Positions 12,929 to 64,000 of a DNA stretch of 64,000 bases are shown in pieces (the first letter of the stretch is position 1; each line of letters begins with the position of its first letter). The stretch spans positions 14,074,001 through 14,138,000 of the forward strand of contig NC_043013.1 of NCBI RefSeq assembly GCF_006345805.1. The letters run 5' to 3'. The stretch is from Octopus sinensis. Lineage: Eukaryota. The notes under the pieces were generated by a model. It worked only from the letters and a program-made list of their open reading frames with translations, searched no databases and was not told the origin of the DNA. A program made the translations under genes and the position numbers.

Positions 12929-13821
12929 TAATAATATCGTTAGCACACCAAGAAAATTGCTTAATGGCATTTCATCTGTCTCTATGTTCTGAGTTCAAAT
13001 TCTGCTGAGGTCGACATTGCCTTTCATGCTTTCAGGGTCGATAATATAAGTACCAGGTGAGTACTGGGGTTGATGCAATCGATTATCCCCCCCCCCCCAC
13101 ATCTTAGACCTTGTGCCTATAGTAGAGAGGATTATTATTACTATTATGTGGCATATGTGTGTAGACACACACATGCACACATACATACACACACACGATA
13201 ATATGTGTGTATGTATGTACATACAATACATATATAAAACATTTGGGGCAAATATGAAATCGTCACCAGTTTAACACAAATATGTTTTACCACATTTACA
13301 ATAAGGTGACTGGAAATTTAGATGAATGTATGAGAGAAGACATTTTCTATTTTTCCTATGTTGTATTGGATATGACCATCCGATGAGAAACTACAGAATG
13401 TTACATTGATTTAGTTGCATGCAGTTTCTGTAGATATGTGAAGATAAGATAGACATAGAGAGAGGGGAAGAGAGAATTAATGCAAGTGTCAGCTGTCCCA
13501 GTGTACTTAAGCTAGTATAGAATAGGTTGTTGTTGTGCAGTCTCTTCATATTTGGTGAAACTGGTTGATGAATTCAATACATATTGAATAGAACTTGTCG
13601 TGAATGCATGGCTGCCTTAAGCTCTTTGTTCAAATGTTTTACTACTTTCAGATATTTCTGCCTCCTTCATTGGCTCATCTAAAGCTTGAGTTATTTGAGT
13701 TCAGCAAGTTTGATTCGTTAGTTTTGATGACGTAGGCATTCACTTGGAACATCCGCATTTTTGTTCATGAAAATTTAAAAAAAAGTATGAGTCTTTCATT
13801 GAAATTGAGGTCAAAGTCTGT

Positions 13822-13852
<31 letters not shown>

Positions 13853-13894
13853 GATATACATGCATAATGTACTTATATGCAGGGATATACATAC

Positions 13895-14058
13895 ATACAC
13901 ATTTTTCTCTCCTTGTTTCTTTCTGTGTCCCTTTCTGTAGAAGAGCGTAGGCTCAAAACATAAAAGACTTTTTCTATTCCTGAGCGTTATACTAATACAT
14001 CTGTTTGTTTTGTACACCACCTGTCTTTGTCTTTTGTTTCTTTGTGAACTCTCCCTAC
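13895..14058 (+). mobile_element. Short repeat family with hammerhead-like motif (Penelope pLTR-like)
   Basis: Second copy reversed at about 39225-39420. Carries ctgtaga-a-gagc-gtag-gctc-(g/a)aaac. Confidence 0.6.
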
Positions 14059-14112
14059 ATACATACACACATGCATATATACATATACATGCACACACAC
14101 ACATATCTACAT

Positions 14113-14143
<31 letters not shown>

Positions 14144-15080
14144 AGAAAAAAAATATATATATATTTATATATATATACACATATACATACATACAATACA
14201 CACATACACACATATTATGTGAGCATGTGACTGACCAGGCAATCAGATGTTGTTACACATCATAGGTCATAATGTACTTTGCATTGCTTTTGCATTTTGA
14301 ATGATACCATACCACTGGCTGGGTAAGCAGGTTAACATTGCGCCCTGATCAAAAGAGGGCACTGGAACAATGCGAAATGAAGTGTTTTGCTGAAAAACAC
14401 AACATACTGCCTAGTCTTGGAATCAAACCTATAATCTAGCGATTGTGAGGGCAATGCCCAAACCACTAGGCCATGCGCCTTCACAAGCATACACACGCAT
14501 GCATGCACAAACACACATTCTTTTATTACTTTACTTGCTTCAGTCATTTGGCTGTGGCCATGCTGGAGCACCACCTTGTGGGGTTTTAGTTGAACAAATT
14601 GACTCCAGAACTTATTTTTTAAAGCTTAGTACTTATTTCAACAGACCCTTTTGCCGAACTTCTAAGTAATGGGGACGTAAACGAACCAACACACACACAC
14701 ACACATATACGATGGGTTTCTTTCAGTTTCTGCCTACCAAATCCACTTGTGAGGCTTTGGTTGGCCCAAGGCTAAAGTAGAAAGCACTCGCCCAAAGTGC
14801 CAAGCGTGGGACTGAACCTGGACACATATGGTTGGGAAGCAAGCTTTTTAACATACAAAAACACCTGTGCCTATGAACATATACTCATTTACTTGTTTCA
14901 GTCATTTCACCGCGGCCATGCTGGAGCACCGCCTTTAGTCAAGCAAATCGACCCCAGGGCTTATTCTTTGTAAGCCTAGTACTTATTCTATCGGTCTCTT
15001 TTACCGACCCACTAAGTTACGGGGACGTAAACACACCAACATCGGTTGTCAAGCGATGTTGGGGGGGGGGACAAACAGAT

Positions 15081-15127
<47 letters not shown>

Positions 15128-15546
15128 CACATATACATATATATGACAGGCTTCTTTCAGTTTCCGTCTACCAAATCCACTCACAAGGTTTTTGTCGGCC
15201 CGAGGCTATAGTAGAAGACACTTGCCCAAGGTGCTATGCAGTGGGACTGAACCCAGAACCATGTGGTTCGTAAAGAAGCTACTTACCACACAGCCACTCC
15301 TTTGCCTATATGTATTTGTTTTGCAAAAATTTTGATGTGAAATTGTGTGTTCAAACAGGCATTGTTAAATTTGAGGAGTCATCTTTTGCCAGTTGAACTC
15401 ACACTATTTATTTGATGTTCACTTCACCTCTTTTACTATTATTAGTCTATTTGTCAAAGTTCTTTCATCACACATTCTGTGACATCTTCAGCAACTTTTT
15501 GTCCCACATATTCTCTCGTCCTGCCTGCTCCATTTCTTCTTTCTGA

Positions 15547-15590
<44 letters not shown>

Positions 15591-15807
15591 CATCATTTTG
15601 TTCATGTTTTTTTGACGTCCTGTACCCATATGTACATGTATATATACATGTATATGTAGGCATGTACATGTATGTGTGTATATGTGCATATATTTATATA
15701 TATCATCATCATCATCGTTTAACGTCTGCTTTCCATCTAGCATGAGTTGGATGGTTCGACTGGGGTCTGGGAAGCCAGGAGGCTGCACCAGGCTCCAGTC
15801 TGATCTG

Positions 15808-16930
15808 CCGAAGGAGGCCAATGCAGAGACTATAAAACAGTTTAGGCCGATATCCTTATTGAATGTGGAAGGCAAGATCTTTATGGGAATTCTGTCGAGG
15901 AGAACAGTGACATATTTACAGAATAATGGATCTGTTGATGAATCTGTTCAAAAGGCCAGAATCCCCAGGATCCCTGGATTCATTGAACACTGTTTTTTGA
16001 TTTGGAAAGCAATCCAGGATGCCAAACAGAACAAGAAAAGTCTGTACGTGGTATGGCTTCACCTAGCTAATGCATATGTCTCAGTGCCACACGAATTACT
16101 GATAAGAGCCATGGACCACTTCCACATTCCTGACAAAGTGATCAAAACAATGAGGATGTACTATGACAGTTTCGAAATGAGGTTTACAGCTGGAGATTTT
16201 ACAACAGATTGGCACTGATTGGAGATTGGCATTGCTGCTGCTAGCTGTACAATATCTGTCATCTGGTTTATCTTAGTCATGGAAATGATTTTGAAAGGTG
16301 TAGATTTTTCGGAACAAATCGCCCATGTACAATCGCCTAAGAAAGTTTTTATGGATAATGTGACACGGCATTCTTTCGATACGAGTCCCATTTACATCAC
16401 GTGTATTTGTTTACATTTAAAGAAGAAGATCGTCACTTTCCGTAAAACTTTAATTTTTTTATATATGTAGGTTTAGGGTTAGGGTTAGGGTTAAGGGTTG
16501 GAGGAAGGGTATCTTTTTTCTTCAGAAATGTAAATAAACCCACGTGGGTTTATAATTGGCAGTTATGTTACTAGTACCGAAAGATCGCCATGTGACACTT
16601 CTAGCTACAGATAAACAAATCATGCAGAATACCCTCTTGAGACTCGACGAACATGTGAGGTGGTCAAGGATGCAGTTCAGAGCAAAAGTAGCTGCGTTGT
16701 CTGACATCTGTTAAGGGAGTACAGAAGGAATTTAAGTTTCGAATAGCTGAAGAAAGCATTCCAACAGTCAAAGAAAACCCCGTCAAGAGCTTGGGGTGAG
16801 TATATGCTGGAACATTGTCAGACAGAAGTCGCGGGATGGAAATTACGAAACAGGCCGAGGCTGGATTATCAGCGATTGATAACTCAAAGTTACCAGATAA
16901 CTATAAAATTTTGAGCATGGTAGAAATAAA
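15808..16930 (+). mobile_element. Hero/NeSL-clade non-LTR reverse transcriptase fragment (degenerate), split by a MITE
   Basis: FRPISLLNVEGKIF...QK...G.IEH...WLHLANAY.SVPH...G..ISVIWF.L.ME...FMDNVT|LL...RLDEHVRWSRMQF...IPTVKENPVKSLG, with stops and frameshifts. Confidence 0.85.
16367..16589. mobile_element. 223-bp MULE-like MITE with 9-bp TSD
   Basis: TSD atgtgacac at 16358-16366 and 16590-16598. The 16-bp TIRs match 13/16 (ggcattctttcgatac / gtaccgaaagatcgcc). Removing it restores the RT frame FMDNVTLLAT. Confidence 0.85.
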
Positions 16931-17619
16931 ACCAGTTTCTTGCACATAAATTTTAATGACAGAATCTTATGTGGACCCTGGTTGAGGACCACTGCTTTAG
17001 ACTATATCCCAAGTCAACTTGTATGCCAGAAAATATGGTATGTATGTATGTATGTATGTATGTATGCATGTATATATTTATGTCAATGCGTGTGGTACAT
17101 ATCTGTGTTGCGTATATCTATGTAAGCATCCCATCTGTGTCTGTGTTTGTATATGCACGTGCATGTGTGTATGTGTGTGTGAAGCAATTATAAGTAAGGA
17201 ATGTTTTGTCCTCTACTACACCCCTCCTCCCCAAACAAACACTCCAAACCCTGCACCTATCAACCTCACCCTTCCGCCCTGGTTTCATCACCTCCTCCTT
17301 TCTCCCTGAAGCAGGAGTGAGAGAGAGAGAGAGGAGGGGGAAAGAAAGGAGAGGAAGGAGACACAGAGAGGGAGGAGAGAGAGAGAGTGAACTTGTCTCT
17401 ATAATGGCAAGATAATTGTTATTGGAGTGGTGGAGATGGATTAATCTGTTGCTTAGAAGCACCACAACACTATTACTACGGCTTTTGCTACTGTCAGCCA
17501 CCACCACCACCACAACTATAATTGCAACCACTACCATCAGTACTATGACTACAGTTACTACCACTATTATCCACTAACTACCATCACCTCTACTACAACC
17601 CACCACCACCACCACCACC

Positions 17620-17668
<49 letters not shown>

Positions 17669-18185
17669 GCCACCACCACTACCACTACTAGCCACCACCA
17701 CTAGTTGTACAATCTACTACTGGTGCTCTAGCTACTGACCTTCACCTTTGTTTCTATTTTTCAAATGTTGTTTAGCCCCAAGAAAAGACCTGATTTGAGC
17801 AGATCTGTAATGAAAAACATTCAGTCAGTGACCATCTCATCATTTTAGTATTTTAGGAGTGTCGATATGTATTTGTCTCCTCCCTTCAAATTTTAGGCCT
17901 TGTGCCTATAGGAGAAAGGATTATTATTATTATTATTATTATTATTTAGGCGGCAAGCTGGCAGAATTGTTAGGACGCAGGGGGGCAAAATGCTTCACAA
18001 CATTTTATCCATCTTTATGTTCTGAGTTCAAATACAGCCGAGGTCAACTTTGCCTTTCATCCTTTTGGGGTTCATGTAATTGAATAGTTCCCTCCCCTAC
18101 AAAATTTCAGGTCTTGTGCATTTAGTAGAAAGGATTATTACTATTATTATTACTGTCAACATCATCATTGTTATCATTGCTATTT

Positions 18186-18505
18186 CATGGCTCAGTGGTT
18201 AGAGCATCGGGCTTACAATTGTGAGGTTGTGAGTTCGATTCCTGGACCAGGCTGTGTGTTGTGTTCTTTGAGCAAGACACTTTATTTCAAGCTGTTCCAG
18301 TTCGCTCAGCTGTAGAAATGAGTTGCGACATCACTGGTGCCAAGCTGTATTGGCCTTTGCTGTTCCCTTCGATAACATCGGTGGCACTGAGAGGGGAGAC
18401 CAGTAGGTATGGGTAACTGCTGGTCTTCCACAAACAACCTAGGAGAGGAACTTTCAAAGTGCAATATCATGGTCATTTGTGACTGAAGAGGGTCTTTACC
18501 CTTTA
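18186..18505 (+). mobile_element. tRNA-headed SINE family D
   Basis: ggctcagtggttagagc...gagttcgattcc head and ttgagcaagacact core. Similar copy at 57762-58097. Related heads at 42590, 47678, 40870 and 43917-44243 (minus). Confidence 0.8.
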
Positions 18506-19027
18506 CTCTGTTTTGTCAGTTATGACAAAAGAAGTTATGTCGTAGATTCATCTGCAAGTTTTGAAGATAGGTAATTTCTTCCGTGGACAAGTGCCTCATC
18601 AAATTCTTCAAGTACCTATTTTTTTACTACCCACAAGGGGCTAAACACAGAGAGGAGACAAACAAGGACAGACAAACGGATTAAGTCGATTATATTGACC
18701 CCAGTGCGTAACTGGTACTTAATTTATCAACCCCGAAAGGATGAAAAGCAAAGTCGACCTCGGTGGAATTTGAACTCAGAATGTAGTGGCAGACGAAATG
18801 TGGGTTTTGCTTGGGGTTTTCCCTAAATTATTCTAGGTTCTCCTTCTAATTGGGAAACTTTTCATGTTGAAATCATTCTTATAGTAAATCTTTTGTTTTC
18901 ATTGATTTGTTTTCCCTCCATGTAACCCCACTCCCTCTGCACTACTATTTATAGGCTTGTATTGTTCTCAGTGTCTTGGGCCTTTGTGGGTCAAAACAAA
19001 TTATCATCATCATCATCCTCATCATCA

Positions 19028-19097
<70 letters not shown>

Positions 19098-19817
19098 TAA
19101 TAATAGTTCTTTTAAGACAGTGGAACAATTTGAAAGGGATTTGGTTGTTGTTTCTAACAAATTGAATGACTATTGAAGTGGTTTCACTCCTTGGGTTAAA
19201 TTCCCCCACCACATGTTGTAGTTATAATTGTTCCAGGGTGAGTTTGATATATATGTGTGTGTGTATGTATGTATGTGTGTGTGTGTGCATGTGTGTATGT
19301 GAAAGTGAGAGGGAAGAGAAACAAGAAAGAGAAGGGTAGAGAGAAAGAAAGAGAGTTCAAAACTGACCAGGTTCATGCTAAATCAACTGTGTCCCCTCCA
19401 ACATTCGAGTTGTAATAATAATAATCATCACCATCATCATCAACAACAACAGTTGAGAATGCAACAACAAAAACTACAAATTTTCCATAAGATCAATCCC
19501 TGGGAAAAATAAAAAAGGGTATTCCATGACAATGACACCCTACCTCAGCTCCATCCAACCATTACCCGCCCCTGACTCATTTCCACCACACCCTGCTATA
19601 TGTTCAAATAATATTTGTTATCAATCTGGCAGCACTCCCCCCTCCCAACCCACCCCCACCCTTAATTCACTTCCTTGAAAGGTTAAGCAACACAAAAAAA
19701 ATGAAAGACTTTGGATTTGACCTTTTGAGAGGTTTGTCCTTTTAAGACATGTGAATCTATCTCCATAACTATTTCCTTTTATGCCCACCCACATAAAGCA
19801 CACCCCAAGCCTATTTG

Positions 19818-19858
<41 letters not shown>

Positions 19859-20137
19859 GCATGTGTGTATCATCATCATTTTCATCATCTACTGCTGCAT
19901 CTTCGTCATCATCTTCATCGTCATTATCATCATCATCATCATCATCGTTGCCGTTGTCATTGTCATCATCATCTTTATTGTTGGCATCAATGTCATCATT
20001 GCTGTAGTCATCACAATCATCATCATTATGATTGTCATCATCAACATCAGTAATCATTACCATCGTTGTCATCATCATCATCATCATCATGGCTGTTGCC
20101 ATCATCGTGGTTTTAATGTCCACTTTTAGCATGCTTA

Positions 20138-20180
<43 letters not shown>

Positions 20181-20643
20181 AAAACAGCTTGGCTTGGTTC
20201 CATGCAACTTAAAGTTTCACGCTCATCGTATACAGACCTAGCTCATTCAGGCCCAGTACACTGAATGAAGAGATATAGGAAGTCCAAGCTGGTTACTGGA
20301 AACAGGGGGCTACAATTGGTCAAGGCAGGTCAAATGGTGTTGTTAGAAATGAGATTGGCACTTCAGCGATACTGGAAAGGAGAATTTCTTGACCTGTTGG
20401 GCTGGACAGGAAGCTGGTGACACCTTGGTGGGAACTTGGAGGCCAACAGAAACATGACCAGTAAGAGCGTGTGTGGATGTCGGTGTCAGATGTCTGTGCA
20501 TGGTGTGTCAGATTTGTGTGTTTGTCTCCGACATTGGTTGACAAGTGGTGTTGGTTTGTTTATGTTCCCGTAATTCAGTAATTCTGCAAAATAGACTGAC
20601 AGAATAAATGCCAGACTTAATAATAACATGTCCAGTAAGTAAG

Positions 20644-20706
<63 letters not shown>

Positions 20707-20759
20707 ATAAATAGATGTGTGTATTTTTCCTTGTTAACAATTAACATGGAAAAAAATAT

Positions 20760-21830
20760 ATAAATAGTTACCAGGGTAGCAAAAAATCACACGAGTAAAA
20801 AGGTTGTAACTCCTTGTTTTTAAAGGTAGATACTTTGGGTTTACGTGAAATTTTTTGTACTAACACTAAAAATCTCTTACAAATTATCTCTTCACATAAT
20901 AACAACCTGTTAAATATTAATACATTTACTAGTACTAACATTAATTTAGCTAATATCATCCATCCCTCTAGAAATATTAATAACAAGGTTATTTTATCTG
21001 AAGTCAATTCCAACAGAATCAAGTTTATGTCAGATAACTCTAAAATTAAAAATTCAATATACCAGTGTAAAATTACTACTCATAATCAAGTATATTTTTA
21101 TATTGGAAGCATGTCTTTACAGTTATCTAGAAGGATTTCTAACCATTACTCGACATTTAGAGATAGGAATAAACATAACAGTACAGGGCTCAGTAAATTA
21201 ATTTGGGATCTAAAAGACCACAATAAACAGTTTAATTTAGATTGGTTGATTCTCTCAATCTCGATACCTTATGACAAAGGCAAGGAATTCTGTCTTCTCT
21301 GTAATTCTGAACTATTTCTCATTATTTTTTCTAAAAATCCCCTAGTAAACACGGTTATAGAGTGTGCATACCGATGTAAACACTGGCAAAAACACACCTT
21401 TAGTTCATATAAGTGATCTCTATCATTATATATAATTTAAACATTAATTTTCTTTTTATATTTCACATTCACTAAATATATATTTGCCTAATATATAAGG
21501 TTTTTTTTAATATACATATAGTCATATACTTCTCATTTATTTAGTTTTTCTTTAATTTATCCCTCCTCTTTCTATAGGCTACTTCTGACGTTATATCATA
21601 TAACATTTTTTCAAATAATATTAATAGCATTCAGTTAATCACTATACATATCCATCATTTTCTGTTAAAATGTCTTATTGACGAGTTTCATTTCTTCACT
21701 CCCCTGAAGAGAAGATTACATTGTTTTACACCATTTTATTCCTTTGGAATAATATCAGTGATGTCTTTGAAACATGTGTCGGAAGTAAAAGAATTTGAAT
21801 AACACCTGCGTTAAACTCCATTTATTTATT
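20760..21830 (+). mobile_element. 5'-truncated Penelope-like element: linker + GIY-YIG endonuclease ORF (20814-21416) and pLTR-like 3' region
   Basis: CTNTKNLLQIISSHN linker, IYQCKI...FYIGS...RRISNH...STGLSKLIWDLKD GIY-YIG core and CLLCNSELF...RCKH Cys/His motif. Hammerhead-like motif at 21704-21780. Confidence 0.85.
21690..21795 (+). ncRNA. Putative type-I hammerhead ribozyme (degenerate) in Penelope pLTR
   Basis: CTGAAGA at 21704-21710, stem II gaaga/tcttt, GAAA at 21769-21772, palindromic ACATGT and GTC at 21778-21780. Stem I is imperfect. Confidence 0.55.
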
Positions 21831-21889
21831 TATATATTATACAAAAAAAAACACGTATATAAGACATATATATATACATATATATGTCT

Positions 21890-21925
<36 letters not shown>

Positions 21926-22298
21926 CATTGACTATATATTATTCACCTTCATCAATCCACCACTGGGAAAGTTTACCACAAGGAAACTATTACTGGTGAG
22001 ATACTATGGATATATTTTCTTGGTAAACTTTCTTTGTGGTGAACTTTCCTCACGTCGAACTTTCTTCCTGGTGAATTGATGGCAGTGGACTTTCCCTGCA
22101 ATGAATTGATGGTGGTGAACTTATTTGTAATCAAAAATAAGTACTAGAGTGAGTTTGTTCAACTAAATTGTTTGAAGTGGTGCTCCAGCATGGCTGAAGT
22201 CCAATGATTGAAACGAAAAATAAAAGATGAAAGATAAAGTAAATAAGATATTTATCTATTTACTTATTTATTTATTCATTCATTTATCTATTTTACAG

Positions 22299-61895
<39,597 letters not shown>

Positions 61896-62090
61896 GTAAA
61901 TATTCTTCATTATTCTTATAGAATTATTTCTTTGTTTCTCATAGGTTACTTAAGACAACTATCTTTATCTTAAGTACTTATCACACACATTATAGATCTC
62001 TATCACATTTTTCTTTGTGTGTGTGTTTGTATATATGTGTATGTGAGCATATGTATATATGCATATATATGTATGAGTACATTTATATAA

Positions 62091-62182
<92 letters not shown>

Positions 62183-62187
62183 ATATA

Positions 62188-62297
<110 letters not shown>

Positions 62298-62304
62298 ATA
62301 TATA

Positions 62305-64000
62305 CATGGGTTGGACAAAATAATGGAAACACCTAGCGTCATAGCATCATAATTTTGGAATATCTATAAAACCGTTGAAAGCTTATTTACTTTTAACCTT
62401 TTTTTATTTACTACTAGCAGTATCGCCCGGCGTTGCTCGGGTTTGTAAGGGAAATAACTATATAAGCATTTTTAGAGAGTTACTTCCCTTATAGATGCCA
62501 ATTCGGGCTTTCTTAGCCATTTCTGTTTTGGTGTCTTCAAGCCATGAAGTCGTTGTTCTAAAAGAACGCTGGTCTCCTTGACAACGCTTTACGACGTTGA
62601 TTTCCTTACACTCCCTTCCCCACAGCTTCACGAGGGAGGGAAGAAGGGGGAGAAGCAAACAGGTGCGGGTGTGACCATGAACGCCAACTCCGCCGCCATC
62701 AACACACGAAAAATTATGCATTAAAATGGAATAAAAAATTATGTTAAATTATTTTTTAAATCGTAGACTCATCATAGACGCGCGCTAATACTCAGACGGG
62801 CTTGATATTAATCACGACTATAAGATACCCGAATTTGGTTAACCTGCACCGCAAAATGTGGGAGTAGTTAAGAATCTAAATCGAAGGGGACAGACACTCA
62901 CACAACTACAGTTTTATATATATAGATTAGTGTTGCTTAATATGTTTTGCTAAAATTGCTGTTTCTTTTCAGATATCATCAGAAAAAGGTAATTAAAATT
63001 CATTAAAATGACAGATCTATCGTACATTCAAAGAGGTCAAATGGCAGGCGCTAGCGGAATGAAAACAGTCAAAATGTTTGGTGTATCAAGAAGTACTGTC
63101 TCCAAAGTAATGATAGTCTTTGAGAAAGAGAGAAAAACCTCCTCGTCGAAATAAACTCAGAAGAAAACAAAAACTTTCAGATAGGGACCATGGACCATTA
63201 TGTAAATTGTTAGAAAGGATCACAAAAGTACAGCTCCCAAAATTTCTGCAGAGCTTAATGACCACCTTGAGAACCTAGTTTCCACAAAACTGTTCACCAG
63301 GAGCTGCACAAAGCTGGATTTCATAGGAGGGCTGCAATCAGAAAACCACCACTTTCAAAAACAAACGCTGCAAAGCATTTAGAGTGGAGTAAAAACCTAC
63401 AGAATTGGTCCCTAGAGCAGTGGAAGAATGTTATTTTTTCAGACGAGTCATCCTTTACCTTATTTCTAACCACTGGCCAAGTATATGTGTGGGGACAGCC
63501 AAAAGAAGCATTTGACTCAGACTGCCTTTTTCCAACTGTTAAACATGGAAGACGATCTGTAACGATCTGGGGCACTATGTCTTGGAAATCTGCCGGCCCA
63601 ATGGTTTCCCTTCATGACAGAATTAATAGTCAAGACTATTTAAGCATTTTATCTGATCAAATTTATCCTATGGTTGTGGAACTGTTTCTGGAAGGATACA
63701 CAATCTTTCAGGATGATAATGCACCAATTCACATGGCTAAAGTTGTTACTGAATGACACAAGGAACATTCTAGTGAAGTTAAACATCTTATCTGGCAACA
63801 TTTATGGTGCATTTTAGAAAAACAAGTAAGGAGTCAATATCCTTCACCATCATCACTACAAGAACTGGAGACTGTTTTAGCTGAAGAATGGACAAAAATT
63901 CCTTTGGAAACAATTCAAACCTTGTACGAGTCCATACCCCATAGAATTCAAGCTGTAATTACTGCCGAAAGTGGTCCTACCCCATATTAAAATATATTTG
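62305..64000 (+). mobile_element. Tc1-like DNA transposon (defective DD34E-type transposase at about 63008-63990) with nested Helitron
   Basis: TA + TIR catgggttggacaaaataatggaaacacct, and motifs WKNVIFSDESSF, PTVKHG..SVTIWG, FQDDNAPIH, IPHRIQAVI. Stops and frameshifts are present. The right TIR is beyond the window. Confidence 0.88.
62414..62926 (-). mobile_element. Non-autonomous Helitron family H1, inverted copy inside the Tc1 element
   Basis: Reverse-complement match to 58164-58679 over its whole length, inserted at A|T. Confidence 0.88.

Noticed and set aside
13430-13800. Coding-looking stretch on the minus strand
   Set aside because: Multiple stops in all frames and no motif I could assign.
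16473-16497. Chromosome-end telomere or fusion scar
   Set aside because: Only 3-4 units, and they lie inside a TSD-flanked MITE.
18186-18250. tRNA genes (also at 46741, 50970-51030, 57762)
   Set aside because: A/B boxes are present, but they run into SINE bodies and no complete cloverleaf with acceptor stem can be folded.
21960-22130. 12-bp inverted repeat and ggtgaactttcc-like degenerate repeats upstream of exon 22299
   Set aside because: Probably a decayed MITE. No clear termini or TSD could be defined.

Overview
AT-rich, microsatellite- and SINE-dense animal DNA. The repeat families and exon sequences look like an octopus/coleoid cephalopod (inference from recalled repeat content, not a database hit). 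The only supportable host gene is a + strand rhophilin (RHPN1/2 family; HR1 Rho-binding domain plus BRO1 domain). Twelve GT-AG coding exons between 22299 and 61895 splice in phase into one 477-codon open frame. The start codon is not identified, and the C-terminal PDZ region should lie beyond 64000. Everything else is intronic or intergenic transposon material: several tRNA-headed SINE families (one as a head-to-tail pentamer), fragments of RTE, Dong/R4, Hero/NeSL and CR1/L2-type LINEs, and a Penelope-like GIY-YIG fragment. DNA-transposon material includes mariner, Tc1 and maT remnants, piggyBac-like, MULE-like and mariner MITEs, and non-autonomous Helitrons. The most interesting pattern not explained by these labels is a recurring minimal type-I hammerhead-ribozyme-like motif. 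It appears in the Penelope fragment and in at least three unrelated short non-coding repeat families, one of which is a large foldback element with target-site duplications. Most ORFs in the supplied track are microsatellite or antisense artefacts. All family assignments come from motif recognition by eye.
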